Shown here piece by piece: positions 12,775 to 26,380 of a stretch of DNA of 64,000 bases (positions within the stretch are counted from its first letter, which is position 1; each line of letters begins with the position of its first letter). Source of the DNA: Nymphaea colorata (Eukaryota); NCBI RefSeq assembly GCF_008831285.2, contig NC_045138.2:7254001-7318000 (forward strand), written 5' to 3'. Made by a program: the position numbers and the translations under genes. The notes below the pieces were generated by a model. It was not told where the DNA came from, searched no databases, and worked only from the letters and a program-made list of their open reading frames with translations.

Positions 12775-14637
12775 CACGGGCGGAGGAAGGGGGGCCCACC
12801 TAGGCCATGGCCCTACCCAACGCATAAAAAAAATATATTTAAAAAATCAAAATTTTTTAGTTTGGCCCGACTCGCCGGCCCCGCCCTCTCTCTCGCTCGC
12901 TCCCTCCCTCTCTGCCCTATCCTATTTCACCCCTCTCTCTCACTCTCTCCCCTGCCTCTCTGGCCCACAGCTAATAGCTCAGTTCGCCCTCTCTCTCACT
13001 TGCTCCCTAGTCTGTCCCTCACTGTCCTGGCCCACAAGATCACAACCACAACACGACCCTCTCTCTCTCGCCCTCTCTCTCACTGGCTCCCTCCCTCCCT
13101 ACCTTGGCCCACAACATTCACTTTATTTGCATCACTTCTTGAATCTGCACTTGAAGGTAGTCCTCTAATAATCAGAAAATTATATCCTGGCATCCTGCCC
13201 TCTGAGGGTAACATCATACTGTTGAACCACTTATTTGATGTCGTGCACTTGGTGGAATATTTGGTTTGATAAGCTCTTCTTTTAACCATTTGTTTCCACC
13301 TTGCTCTGCTTAGCTAATGCTTTTTTCAAATCATTTGACATCAGTGCTCGCATGATGCTTATAAGAAGGCCTGAAAAATGATTCTACGTGGTAATTTCAA
13401 GTAATTTTTGTATTCTATCTGGTCTGAATCATGATGCATTAGCTGATTTATATCTGAACTGTTTGCAGCCCCATCCATAAGAATTTTAGTGGCTAACAGG
13501 TTTTTAAACACTTCAATATGATTTTATGATTATTGATTTAAATATGCATTCCAAGTAAAGTTTCTTTTTAGGCTTGATATGTTCATCTGTTGCATTGTTG
13601 GCGGTGCTTGATAATATATATGTTATTCTTCTTAAAATCCAACTATGTGCATGAGTTTGCCATTGGGTTCCATTGTATGTTTCTTAATCTTTCCTATTGA
13701 ATGTTTCTTTCCACATTGATTTTCGACCTTCCCGTTATAGCTGTCATAATATGCCTAGGCTACCTTAATAATATCCTTCTTTGTAATTGGTAATATTCAT
13801 GTCATGGAATCATTGGTACACATACTACAAAGTTGCCTTAGCAATTAGCTTATACCTTCCTGCCATTTATGGACTTATTTTGTGTCTAACAGGACCATCT
13901 AGTAACATACATCCTGTCTTTTGATGTTTTAGTTCTTTGTTTCTTTGGTTCCACAGGCTATGACTAGGAAATATTATATATGCCAAGTTGGAGAAAGACA
14001 TACCTTGGTCTTTTGTTTTTTTGGCTGCACATTTTGCAGCACTAATTCCCTTTCCCGATCTGATTATACAATTTGACAATACATGCAGGAATATGTCTGA
14101 AACAATAAGGTGCGACATAGACACAGTTGTTTTTGTTGCATGGAAGATTCAATGCATGAAATATGTAATATGATTCTTTTTGTGGTTTTTCTTCTACATT
14201 TTTGGTGCTTGTCTGATATTTGTTCTTCCAGTTCCTACTGAGCACTTGTGAATCACCCTCCCAGCACATCCTGAAAAAAGATTTAGGATCATGAAACACA
14301 ACCTTAGTTTTATACATGTTGATAACAATTTGAGAAATAGATTTTTATCAAGTGTACTTTGAAATCTTCAGGTGATGGGCAATTAGATGACATTGAAGTT
14401 CTTGGATGATACTTTGCAAAGCAGGTTAATTTTGGGAACTTGAACATCCTAATTAATCCCAACTTTTATGGCTAGGTTATGAGGAGTTGGTTAGTCAGAA
14501 AGATATATTATTTTTGTCTTTGTTGCCTCTTGCTTGTTGCAGTATTCTTGAAAATGATGCTGTATATCTCTAAAACGTTTAAATATTATTATCTATTTTG
14601 AATTTCAGGTTTTTCGTGTTAGCATATTGAGAAGAAG

Positions 14638-17422
14638 ATGAAAAATATTCATGATTATTTAAAAAAAAAAACAAGTTATTATCAAGATTGAGAAAACCAA
14701 GAGGAAAAAAACCAATGGGAAGAAAACCAAAATGCTGGTTGTTTTAGTCCGAAAGCTCTTGATGTTGTTCTTTTTGACTCAAATTCTCTGCCTTTTAAGT
14801 ATTCAAAAATTGAAACTGCAGAAAGCATCGTGCATGATCTATGGTTGCGACGTCCTATATGAGAGATATCAGTAAATGAGAGAGATAAAGTTAGGCGAGC
14901 ATATATTAATTATGGACCATATCACCACAAGCTTTATAGATATCTAGTGTTACGTCTTTCAAATCATCATCGTAAATTTCAAACTTCATGGTTTAAAAAA
15001 TTTCAATGATTAGGATATTTTTCCAAGACAGATAGTACATATTGTTTGTCATGTTATCTTTTCAGTACTCCATATTCAAATGATAGTCCATTTATTACTG
15101 AAGGATTTAGAGTTTGGAAGAGGGTGGGTGGTAGTGAGAAAACATGTACATTTCGTACTCATGAATGGACAAGTCAAAATTCACCCCATAATATAAACGT
15201 GCGAGCATTTAATGACTTAAGTTGTCAAAGCAAACACATAAATAAAATGATTAAAAAACAAAGTTCAGAGCTTCTTCACAACAACCGCTTGAAATTGAAT
15301 GCATCAGTAGACACAGTTCGTTGGTTAGCATTTCAAACTTGTACTTTTAGAGCCCATGATGAAAGTTAAGTTCAATGAATCAAGGTAACTTTATTGAGTT
15401 CATTAAAAGTTTAGCTAATTATAATGACAGAATTGCACAAGTTGTCTTGGATAATGCCCCAAAGAATGCTAAATATATATCACCAACAATTCAGAAAGAA
15501 ATTTTACATGTTTTTGTAAGTAAAGTGAGTGCTAAAATTATAGAAGAAATGATGCTAAATATTGTATTATTATTGATGAAGCTCGAGATGAGTCCAAGAG
15601 AGAGCAAATGACTATTGTTCTTAGTTTTGTTAATAAGCAAGGTCAAGTTCAAGAGCGATTTTTAGATGTTGTGCATGTAAGGGATACTACAACAATTACT
15701 TTGAAGAATGTCATTTCTACTTTGTTGTCTTAACATAATCTTAGAATTCAAAATATACGGGGTCAAGATATGATAGTGCTAGTAATATGCGAGGTGAATG
15801 TAATAGATTGCAAGTATTAATTTTGAATGAATGTCCCTATGCATATTATGTTCATTGTTTTGCTCATAGATTATAACTTGCACTTGTTGCAACTTCAAAA
15901 GAAGTTGTCCATGTTCATAAATTTTTTGAACAGTTAACATATGTAATTAATGTCGTTAGTGCAAGCAGAGTAAAAGTAATGATGAATTGCATGAAACTGA
16001 AGTAAATAAATTTGCATTTAGAATTGCTATAGATGAACTTGAAACGAGAAGATGATTTAATCAAATTGGATCAGTATAGTGGCCTGGTGATACTAGATGG
16101 GGATCTCATTTTTTGTCTGTGTGTAATTTAATAAAAATGTTCAATGCAACATGTGTAATATTGGAAAATGTAACAGACAATGGATCAACATATCAAATAA
16201 GGGGTGAAGGTCTTTCAGCTTATGACATGATCATGTCATTTGACTTTGTATTTATTTTTCACTTGGTACAACAAATTTAGTGCAAGCAGAGTAAAAGTAA
16301 TGATGAATTGCATGAAACTGAAGTAAATGAATTTGCATTTAGAATTGCTATAGATGAACTTGAAACGGAAAGATGATTTAATCAAATTGGATCAGTACAA
16401 CGGCCTGGTGATACTAGATGGGGATCTCATTTTTTGTCTGTGTGCAGTTTAATAAAAATGTTCAATGCAACATGTGTAGTACTGAAAAATTTAACAGACA
16501 ATGGATCAACATATCAAATAAGGGATGAAGGTCTTTCAGCTTATGACATGATCATGTCATTTGACTTTGTATTTATTTTGCACTTGGTACAACAAATTTT
16601 GGGGCAGAGTGATACTCTTTGTCAGTCATTGCAAAGGCAAAGATAAAACATTTTAAATGCAATGACTATGGTTTATAATTCAAAAAAGTTCCTACAAGAA
16701 CTTAGGGAGAATGCTTAGGATCCATTTATAGATACTGTCAGAGCACTTTGTATGACACATGATAGCCCTATTCTAGATATGGATGCTCAATATTTTGTCA
16801 GAGGATCATGTTCTCGTCATGAATGTAATTTTATTATAGTGAGACATCATTATCATGTCGATATTTTTATTGCTGCCATTGATTCTTAGCTGGTAGAGTT
16901 GAAAAGTAGATTTAATGAAAATAATATGAAAATACTATGTTTGATGTCGACATTCGACCCTGAAGATCAATATGAGACATTTAATGTAAAAGATGCATAC
17001 ACTCTTGCAGAGAAGTTCTATCCTGAAGATTTTCTAGACTCAGATCTTATGAGTTTAAATTATCAGTTGAGACATTATAAGAATGATATTTGTCATCATC
17101 CAAGTTTTCAAAATTTGGGTACACTATCAGATGTATGTCAAGCAATGGTACATAGTAGAAAAAGTGAAGGATATCCTTATATATATATAGGTTGCTTAGG
17201 TTGCTTAGTCTCATTCTAACCCTTCCTGTCTCTACAACAATCACATAAAGGACATTCTCTGCTATGAAGCTTATTAAATCAAGGTTGCGTAACAAAATGA
17301 ATGATGAATTCTTTGCAGATTGTTTACTTTTGTATATTGAGAAAGAAATTGCTCAATTTGATTCCAATGATATTATTGATGCCTTCTACAAGATGAAAAG
17401 TCGTAAAACACAATTGCAATAA
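14638..17422 (+). pseudogene. hAT transposase of the ZMYM1-like type (TTF zinc finger, DUF4371-like, hAT dimerisation domain), decayed
   Basis: VRRAYINYGPY; YCLSCYLF...FITEGFRVWK; VRWLAFQTCTFRAHDES; NQGNFIE...NAPKNAKYISPTIQKEIL; AYYVHCFAHRL; PGDTRWGSH; LTLPVST...FSAMKLIKSRLRNKM. Many stops and frameshifts. Confidence 0.9.
15958..16599 (+). repeat. 321-bp tandem duplication inside the hAT-2 transposase
   Basis: AGTGCAAGCAGAGTAAAAG...CACTTGGTACAACAAATTT occurs at 15958-16278 and again at 16279-16599. Confidence 0.9.
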
Positions 17423-17967
17423 GTAAAGTATTTTGTTGCATCATTTTTATGTTAATATTTATTTGAGTCATTATTTAGTTTCAATAATAAATGATGTAGT
17501 TTTTGTTTATATTTTATTATGTAGGTGACTGAATGATGATATGTTACTATTTTCAATAAAAACAGAGGTAAAAACTGATTGTGTTACGTAGAAAGAATAC
17601 AAAACTGCTTGTTTTAGGTAAGTGACATGTTTTGGTTTTGGAGTATAGATGTATTTGTTTGCTATATTTTGAGTTGTGATATTTGTATGTCCACCTTATG
17701 CTCACTACTCACATTTATGTCACTATAATAGAAATAGAGCACCTTATCTGTTGAGGACAGATCTTGCTTTGTGCTAATGATACAAGCAATTATTAAATGT
17801 GTCGTAGGACAGGTCACGCTTTACGTTCATGACATGGGTAATTATATACGATATATGTTCACTTCTACTATAATGTAGTTTGAAAATATTATCTAAAGTG
17901 TGTGAGTATATATATATCTATATAATATAATATAATATATGATAGTTCGTTGGATCGTTTGGCCCAC

Positions 17968-20900
17968 TGTTCGCACCCCACTCCTTTTTCAAGAAGGTCG
18001 AAATGCGAGTCAGCAAAATTCTTTTAAAATTGGGGTTTTGAGAAAATTTTCAAGAGAAAGGGATCCGCTCGTCGGTACGAGGTCCAACCGTTCCTGCCGC
18101 CTTTAACAGGGGTAATTAGACCAAGGACTAAGGATCATTTGGATCATATACGAGTTATTGATGTAAGTCCTATATACTTATGCATTGAGGTTTTGGATTC
18201 AAGAACCGAAATTCATTTTTTTGAATAAATGAATTTGAATATTGGGGGTTTTCAAGTTGGTTTAAAAACCTTTGTTTTGGTGTTATTTGAAACACATAAT
18301 TCTTGAGGATTTTTGAAGATTTGGAATTGAGTTCTTTGTTGTGAACTCTAGATGATGATAAAAATTGATTTTGAACTCTTCTTTTGTCAAATCATGTGAT
18401 TTGTAGAATTCATTCTTTTGAAAGAACATAGGTTCCAAATTGTTAGAAAACATGTTTTTCAAATGCACTTTGGCCAAAAGATTATGAATGTGTTTTCTTT
18501 TGAAGTTAAGTGAAGTTTACAAATTCTCATTGCAATATGACTTGGTCACTTTTTGCAACTTAAATTTGAATCACTTAATTTCTTGAGAATGTGCATGTGG
18601 TGCCATTGATTTTGAGTGAAAGTGAATGCATGAAACGAGAATGGAAACTATATGGAACATTCATTCTTCTCTCTCTCATAATCCATCAAGATTCATTCAT
18701 ATGAAACATACATTCTTCACTCCCTCATAATCTCTCAAAGTCCGTATTGCACGTCATACAATCTATACATGAAGATTGATTAAAATGTAGGACTTTCTCT
18801 ATATGTGCTCATTATATGATTAAGCACATGAATTAGAGATGTAGTCCATAAGCTTGAGGCTTGACATAAAATTATCAAAATGATGAAAATATATAAATGA
18901 TGTCAAGTTCAATCTTTGAAATTGATGGGAGACATGGATGACGTCCACTTTTGTCTCAAAATAGCTAAAAATCAGACCTTGTGTTGATTTAAATAGCTGA
19001 AAATTGTGGACATTGATTCCAATAAGGACTTGTTTCTTAGATAGAAACAATGAGTTTTTCAAATCTATTCAAATTTCAGATTTCGTAGTAATGAAATCAT
19101 CAACTCCTTTGGATGATTCTAGGATGGTTGGTATTTCAAATATGTAAATTTTGATATTCTTGAACCAATTCCTATGAAACATGGTCTGATTTCAACAACA
19201 TACATACATCTTACGTATGGGTTTGCTGAAATTAAGTAAAAATGAAATGAAAATAATTTATAATCTTGCACTAGAAAAATCAATAAAAATGGCCCATTTC
19301 CTTAAAGACCGGTTTGGAAACATGTTCCAACCTGATTTTAAGGGAGGAATGTAATTTTTGACAAGAAATTGGATACATATATGTACATATATAACAATGT
19401 ATACATATACGTACCTTACTTTTCAAAATGAAAGTTTATCAAGGGACCGCATGACTCATGAATCATGATGATTCATGGCTGGGTTCTTTTATGTAGGAAG
19501 ATTGAGAACTTGTTTCAAATCTTCCCTACTACCCTTGATTAATTAAATTGAAAGACATGAATCAAAATGACTGTGAATAAGAAAGAAAATAAAACAATAC
19601 TCAAGCTTATTCGTCCATCATTTCGCCATGCAAGGGTGGATCACATTCATAAAAACGTATCCATCCCTTATAGGCATTTTCATCATACGTGATGTAGCAA
19701 AATCACTCTCTCACCGTGGGATTCTCTTATGGTAGGGAGTTCAAAATGGTATTAAGTTGGTTCCTTTGAAAGGGACGTGGCCTTGGGGCCCATTTCAAAA
19801 TTTGATACTTGGGTTCATATTTAAGAAAAAAAACCGACATATGCATGCATTATGCATTAACATGTACATTGAAGCGTAGGTTTCCCTTAGCTGGACATCA
19901 TTCCCAGCCGTAAGCAAATGAAAATAAACCCTCCCACGAATTGCTGGAATTAAAATAAATCAACAATAAGCTAAAGTAGAAGAGAAGTGAGTTAAGATCA
20001 CCTACCTTGCGGTCGGTCTTGATGTTTGTCCTTCGTCTTCACTTGTTTTCTAACCCAAGCAATCCTAAGCAAGAATCCAACCGTGGATTCAAGCTTAGCA
20101 AAGCTAGAATAAAAAATAGCTTGCTTGCTGGAATTTGGAGTGGTAAAGAGGGCTTCTCACCACGAAAATCCTAAGTAAGGGTTCACTTAAGCACCCTAAC
20201 TTAGCAAAATCAATGGGGAGAATAGAAGAAAGTGAAGAAGAGAATGGGAGAAAAAGGGGAAGGGGGCCTGGACGAACCTCTTCTATCTTCCTTGGCTTCT
20301 CCCTCCTAGCTCCTTGGCTGCAGCAATTTGATAGAATGCTCCAAAATTTCGTCATCCCCCTTGGTGGCCAAGGGGAGGTTTATATAGAGGAGGAGGTGGG
20401 TTCAACCACCTTCTTAACTCACCTTGGGAACTTACTTAAGACCTTGGGGACTTGTAAAATGAGTTAAATAGACTTTAAAGGCTCTAATTGACCATTTCTC
20501 AGCCCATTTCCACGAGCTAGGTGGGCTGGGCTAGGTTTGGTCAACTTGGGTTCAGACCTAGGTGACCATTTTGACCAAAATTTTGGACGAAAATGCCCTT
20601 GCACAGGGTTTTGCCCTTATTTTGTACTATTTATTTATTTTTTGTTTGAAATCGAGCTTATAAGGTTAAAACCTAGTTACTAAGCTCCAAATGCCATTGA
20701 ATTATGATAATTAAATTTAAATTTTAATAAAATTTAAAAATTTTATCAAATTTGGTTCGAAAAGGGTATTTTCGTCCAAAACTTGATTGAAAATGGATTT
20801 CAACTGAATCAAACTTTCACTTGAGAAATTCAATTTAAATTTGGTATTTGATTCAAGCATTTGACAAATTCAAATGTTTATTTGCCTTTCATAAACCATT

Positions 20901-21766
20901 TTAGGCTTTTTAAACTTAAGTTGACCGCAGAAGGGCAAAATTGTCCAAATTGATCAATTTCGACCAATTGACCAAAGTCAAAGCTCATTTGCAAGTAGTT
21001 TGACTTTATTTGAGGTAATTTGATAAATTTGGGTCAAGAAAGCTCTTAATTGAGCTAAATTGTACTTTGACTGAGTTTAGTCAAAGTGGGTTTGGTTCGA
21101 TCAAAGTCTATTTTCGTCCATTAATTGGATCATGAGACAGACTTACGTTTTGACTTTGTTGAGCCCATGGTGACCGAACCTAGCTAGAATTGGCACCACA
21201 TTTGAGTGCACCCGGGTCAAACCTACTTGGATTAAGTAGGTTAGGTGAGTTTGACCAGTCTAGTAATTGCTTCCTTGAAAATGATTTTTTTCTTTAAGGA
21301 GGACCTGGTTAAAGAAGAGAGAGAGACATAAATGTCTCTCTTTTCCTAGGTTTCTCCTTTATTTCTTCTTGAAAATGACTTTTCTTCAATTAATTTGAGA
21401 GAAAATATTTATTTATTATTTTTTTGACATGGAGGGGGCATGGCCCCTGGGGGGGCTCTTGACCACACGGGCTAGGTGGGGCCCACACGTGGGTCCCACG
21501 TAGCATTTTAGACTGAATTAGATCCAATTCTTGGATCTAAGTCAAAATTTGCATTTTGCAATTGGATTTGGATTTCAAATGACATTTGCAATTGAATTTG
21601 GATTCGTAATCCTGCATTGGGATTCGTGTATCGGGTTAAATTCACGATTTGAATCTAATTGTTCTTTAGATTCGAAATTGGCTTTGAAATTGCAAATTTT
21701 CACAATTCTTTTGTGAAATTTTCACATTGCTTCAATTTTGATGTGGAAAAATTTGGGGTGTTAACA
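17968..21766 (-). repeat. Ogre 3' LTR (3799 bp)
   Basis: Direct repeat of 31143-35383. TATA-like CTATATAAA on the minus strand near 20379-20387, followed by a CT-rich leader. Confidence 0.95.
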
Positions 21767-21779
21767 GATGCCCCTCTTT
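21767..21779 (-). promoter_or_regulatory. Ogre polypurine tract
   Basis: Minus strand reads AAAGAGGGGCATC immediately before the 3' LTR TG. Confidence 0.8.
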
Positions 21780-22828
21780 GTTGTTAAGCAAATTGAATAA
21801 TTTGCTTAATAGCAAAGATTCATGCACCAAATTTTTGCAAATCGTTTGGAAAATCCATTTTTCAAATGATGTTGAACCATCCTCGCTCGAGGGGAAATGC
21901 TAGGCATAGACCTGAAATAAGAAGATTTTTCTCCATCTCATTGGAGACTTTGTAGAGGAATTAATGTTGGTTGAAAAATTTTGTAATTGTGAAAGTTTTT
22001 GCATTTGATGCTTTGAGAAATTTGCCCTCGATGCCTTCTAAACCATTGGCAAGTGCTTTTTATCTTCTTTTACTTAGTTTTTCACATACTCGCTTTTGCT
22101 TTTGAATTTTGATTTTCTTTTTGAGCCACCCTTCACTCTTGGAAGAAATTCCTCACCACCCCAAAAGCTACTACGGAGTTCCACCGCTTTGGCGGTTTTG
22201 TGTAGTTTGCTTTGTGTAATATCAAGTCTATCGGGCTTTCTTCTGAACCCTTGTAACAAGCTTTGGGCCGGTAACTCCTAGACCAGTTGGCCTCAGGGTA
22301 CCAAATGTAAAACACTCCCCGGGCTTACTTGCTCGAATTCAGAAGGCTTTAGGAGACTTAATATAAGCAAAATGTTCATGGATTGCTTTTTAGCTTCACG
22401 GCGTAAGCATAGGTCATATGCCCACCCGCGCCTGTTGAGCTTTGAACCAGAGGAACAATTACACTCACCCCGAGCTCATTGCTCAACTCATTTCGCTTGA
22501 TAGCTTTTTCTAGCATCTTGCCAAGGTCTTTTAGGTGACAAGACTTTTTCTTATGGCATCTCATGCTAGACCTTTACAAATGCCGATTGTCGGGACCAAC
22601 ATTAATTACTATACATAAGTCCCTCAATGTCTGTGAAATTTCTTGCCTATTTCAAGACGATGCCCTTGCAATTGCCCTCAAGACATGGGTTGAGTTTGAA
22701 AATTTTGATGCATTTTTGAAACTTTTCCCTAAGGGATACCATGCCCCATAGTTGGTTTGAAAATTGTTACAAACCTACTTATCAAAGCACAACTATTTTG
22801 ATTTTTTTTTTTTTTTTGAATTGCAAAT

Positions 22829-25800
22829 TCAAGTATAGAATTTTTTGAGATGCAAAGCATTAATTGGATCGGGGATTTCAACCCCATCGGCATCAATCAG
22901 TCGATAAGAATTGTGAGGTAGAACCTCTTTGACAACATATGGTCCTTCCCAGTTCGGCGCCCATTTTCCTTTGGGTCTACTCCTGAGTGGAACTATGGAT
23001 CTTAAAACAAGATCATTTACCTGAAATTTTCTTTCAATGACTGATTTGGCATAATGTCGGGCGACTCTCTTACGATAGACTTCGGCATGCTCTGCCGCTT
23101 GTAGTCTTTTCTCGTCTAAGAAGTCTAATTGAGCAAGTCTCTTTTTTTGATATTTGCTAATTGGGAGTTCAATGAGAGCAGCAAATTTCATTGCTGGTTT
23201 TTGGACATGTAATGGAAGGACAATTTCCGTTCCATATACTAATTCTGCTGGTGTAGCATTGGTGGGTGTCTGAATTGTGGTTCGATATGCCCAAAGTGCA
23301 TTGTGCATTTTCTCGTGCCAATCTCGGCCTATTTCAACTGTCCTCTCTAAGACACGAATCAAAATCTTGTTGGTTGCTTCTGCCTGACCATTACCTTGAG
23401 GGTAATATGGGGCAGAAAAGTGATGTTGTATTTTGTGTTTGTGACAAAGATTGCGCATTTTCTCATTTTTGAAATGAGTACCGTTATCAGAAACGATATC
23501 ATGCGGGATGCCAAATCTACACAAAAGATTTTTATGAATGAAGGACACTACGTGTTGTCCTTCGACTGTTTTTAAAGTGATCGCTTCCACCCATTTGGTG
23601 AAGTAATCTGTAGCTGCAAGAAAATACCTGTGTCCATTTGAGGCAGGTGGATTGATTGGACCGACTACGTCGAAGGCCCACATGGAGAATGGCCATGGTG
23701 AGCTGACCGAATGAAGGTACGCTGCTGGAGCATGAATTGATGGTGCATGCAACTGACATTTGATGCATTTCTTGACAAATTGGTGACAGTCTCTTTGCAT
23801 TGTGGGCCAATAGTACCCTGCTCTGACTATCTGCTTGACGAGGGTCTGATACCCTACATGTCCCCCACAAATTCCTTCATGGGCTTCTTGAATGACTTTT
23901 AGTGCCTCATTTGCATCGAGACATCTAGCATATTCTGTGCTGAATCCTCTTCTGTATAGGATGTCGGCTAGAATGAAATATCTTGAAGACATGTGTCTCA
24001 AAACTCTTTGCTCTTTTCGAGACATTTCTGGTGGAAGTGTTCCAGTTTGGAGAAAATCCTTGATGTTCTGATACCATGGTGTTTCTCTACTTTCTGCTTG
24101 CAACACCTGTTCTGGTATGACAAAAGATGGTTGTTCGAGTCTTCCAACTTCAAAAGATCTGATAGATTCTCCAGGTTTGAAGGCAATGGTAGAGCCTAAA
24201 CTGGCTAAACCGTCTGCTATTGGGTTAAATTCTCTTTTGACATGTAAGAGTTGACATTCCTCGAACTGTCTTAAGAGGGAAGCTGCTAACTCTTGATATG
24301 GGATCAATTTTTGATCTTTGACTTGCCAATCTCCATTGACCTGACTGACAGCTAAGAGAGAATCTCCAAAAATGCGAACTCTCTGCACTTTAAATTTGAG
24401 CAACATTTTGAGTCCTTGGATTAGGGCCTCGTACTCTGCTATATTATGCGTGCAGGAAAAATTCAATTTGAGAGAGTAAGGAATCATTTCCCTTTCTGGT
24501 GTAATGAAAAGTATCCCAATGCCTGCCCCAGCTGTGCTCTTAGATCCATCAAAGTACATCTCCCAAATCGGCTCTGTTTCAGTTGTCAGGATTTGCTCAT
24601 CTGGAAAATCATCATTTGTTCTAATTTCTTCATATAGAGGAAAATCTACCAATTGGTCTGCAATGGCTTGCCCCTTGATTGATTTTTGTGACACATATTC
24701 CAAATCATATTGCATCAGCAAAATCTGCCACTTTGCTATCCTTCCATTCAGAAATGGCTGTTCGAGGATATATTTGAGTGGATTAAGTTTGGATAAAATT
24801 TTAACTTCACAAGCCAATAGATAATGCCTTAATTTTTGACACATCCACACCAAGGCTAAGCAAGTTTTTTCATGTGCGAGTAGTTCTTTTCATACTGCAC
24901 AAATGTCTTACTGATGTAATAAATGGCATGTTCTATTCGGCATCCTTCTTCATATTGAGCCAGAAATCCACCACAGGCTGAATCGTTAACTGTGATGTAA
25001 AGGAGTAGAGGTTCCCCTAAAATTGGAGGTTTTAAAATTGGTGGGCAAAGAAGATACTTCTTGATCTTTTCGAATGAGGTTTGACATTCATGCCCCCATT
25101 CAAATTTGACTCCTTTCCGCAGTAAATGGTTGAAGGGTTCGCATCTCATGGCGAGATTAGATATAAACCTTCTGATTGACTGAATTCTGCCTTGCAAGCT
25201 GCGTAGCTCCTTAAGATTTTTGGGGGTGACATTTCGATGATCGCCTTTGCTTTGGAAGGATCCATCTCGATTCCCTTTTGGCTGACCATAAATCCCAAAA
25301 GCTTACCGGATTCCACACCAAATACACATTTTTGTGGATTCAATCTAAGTTTGTATTGTAAGAGTCTATCAAAAACTTGAGAGAGAATGTTGATGTGATT
25401 CTCCCTTGTTTTTGACTTAATTAGTAGATCATCTACATATGCATCCATGATTTGATGTATTTGGTCATGAAAAATAGCTGCCATAGCCCTTTGATATGTT
25501 GCCCCAGCGTTCTTCAAACCAAATGGCATTACTGTATAGCAGAAGGTACCCCATGGGGTTGTAAATGATGTTTTGGCTTGATCTTGAGCTGCCAACTTAA
25601 TTTGGTTATAACCAGAATATCCATCCATAAAGGAGAACATAGCGTGACCTACGGTACTGTCTACCAACAAGTCAATGTTTGGAAGTGGGTAGTCATCCTT
25701 TGGTGTAGCCTTAATCAAATCTCTGAAATCGATGCAGAGCCGAATTTTGCCATTTTTCTTTGGGACTACCACAATGTTTGCTAACCATTCAGGATAGTCG

Positions 25801-26225
25801 ATTGTTCGGATGAACCCTGCCTTTAGTAGGTCTTCCAGGCCTTCCTTAACTTGCCCCTCAAGACGAGGGTCTAGTTTCCTCAACTTTTGTTTGATTGGCT
25901 TGCATTCTGGTTTCAATGGTAGTCGATGCTCGACTAATTTTGTATCAAGTCCTGGCATGTCCTCATAAGTCCACGCAAAGGCTTCTTGATGCTTTTTGAG
26001 GAAGTCTATCAACTCTTTTCTTTCTTCTGCTGAGAGACTTGTTCCAATTTGCAAAATCTTTGGACTCTCTTCCGTGCCAATGTTAATTTCCTCAATCGGA
26101 TCATTAATCAGAGGTGACGGTTGATCTTGCTTTCTCATTTGGATGAACTCTGGACATTCGGCCTCAGTGAGTTCTGGATTTATCTCCTTAAAAGCTTTTG
26201 ATGTTTGATCCTCAAATGCCATCCT
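22829..26225 (-). CDS. pol: Ogre pol: reverse transcriptase, RNase H, second (archaeal-type) RNase H, integrase; two apparent frameshifts
   Basis: EWLANIVVVPKKNGKIRLCIDFRDL, YTVMPFGLKNAGATYQR, YVDD (RT); LLLYITV...HAIYYISK (RH); WEMYFDGS...HNIAEYEALIQGL...IFGDS...NPIADGLA (aRH); HEGICGGH...CIKC, WAFDVVGP, SDNG, NGQAEATNK, WAPNWEGPY (IN). Frame breaks near 25215 and 24865. Confidence 0.93.
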
Positions 26226-26380
26226 AAAGATTGTAAAGAAGTTAGATGAAATTTGAGACATTGTATATGGAAGTAATTTGTATTTGTCATTGTATTTTTG
26301 AAGGTATTACAAAATGAAGACACTTGGTCTATTTGAGTACAATGACGACAAAATGACAAAATGATGGCGGATTTGTTGAT

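Noticed and set aside
12727..13269. 180-aa ORF
   Set aside because: Chance read-through from Copia-1 into the CT-rich hAT-2 terminus.
18820..21716. Short ORFs repeated in both Ogre LTRs
   Set aside because: They recur only because the LTR is duplicated; there is no coding signature.
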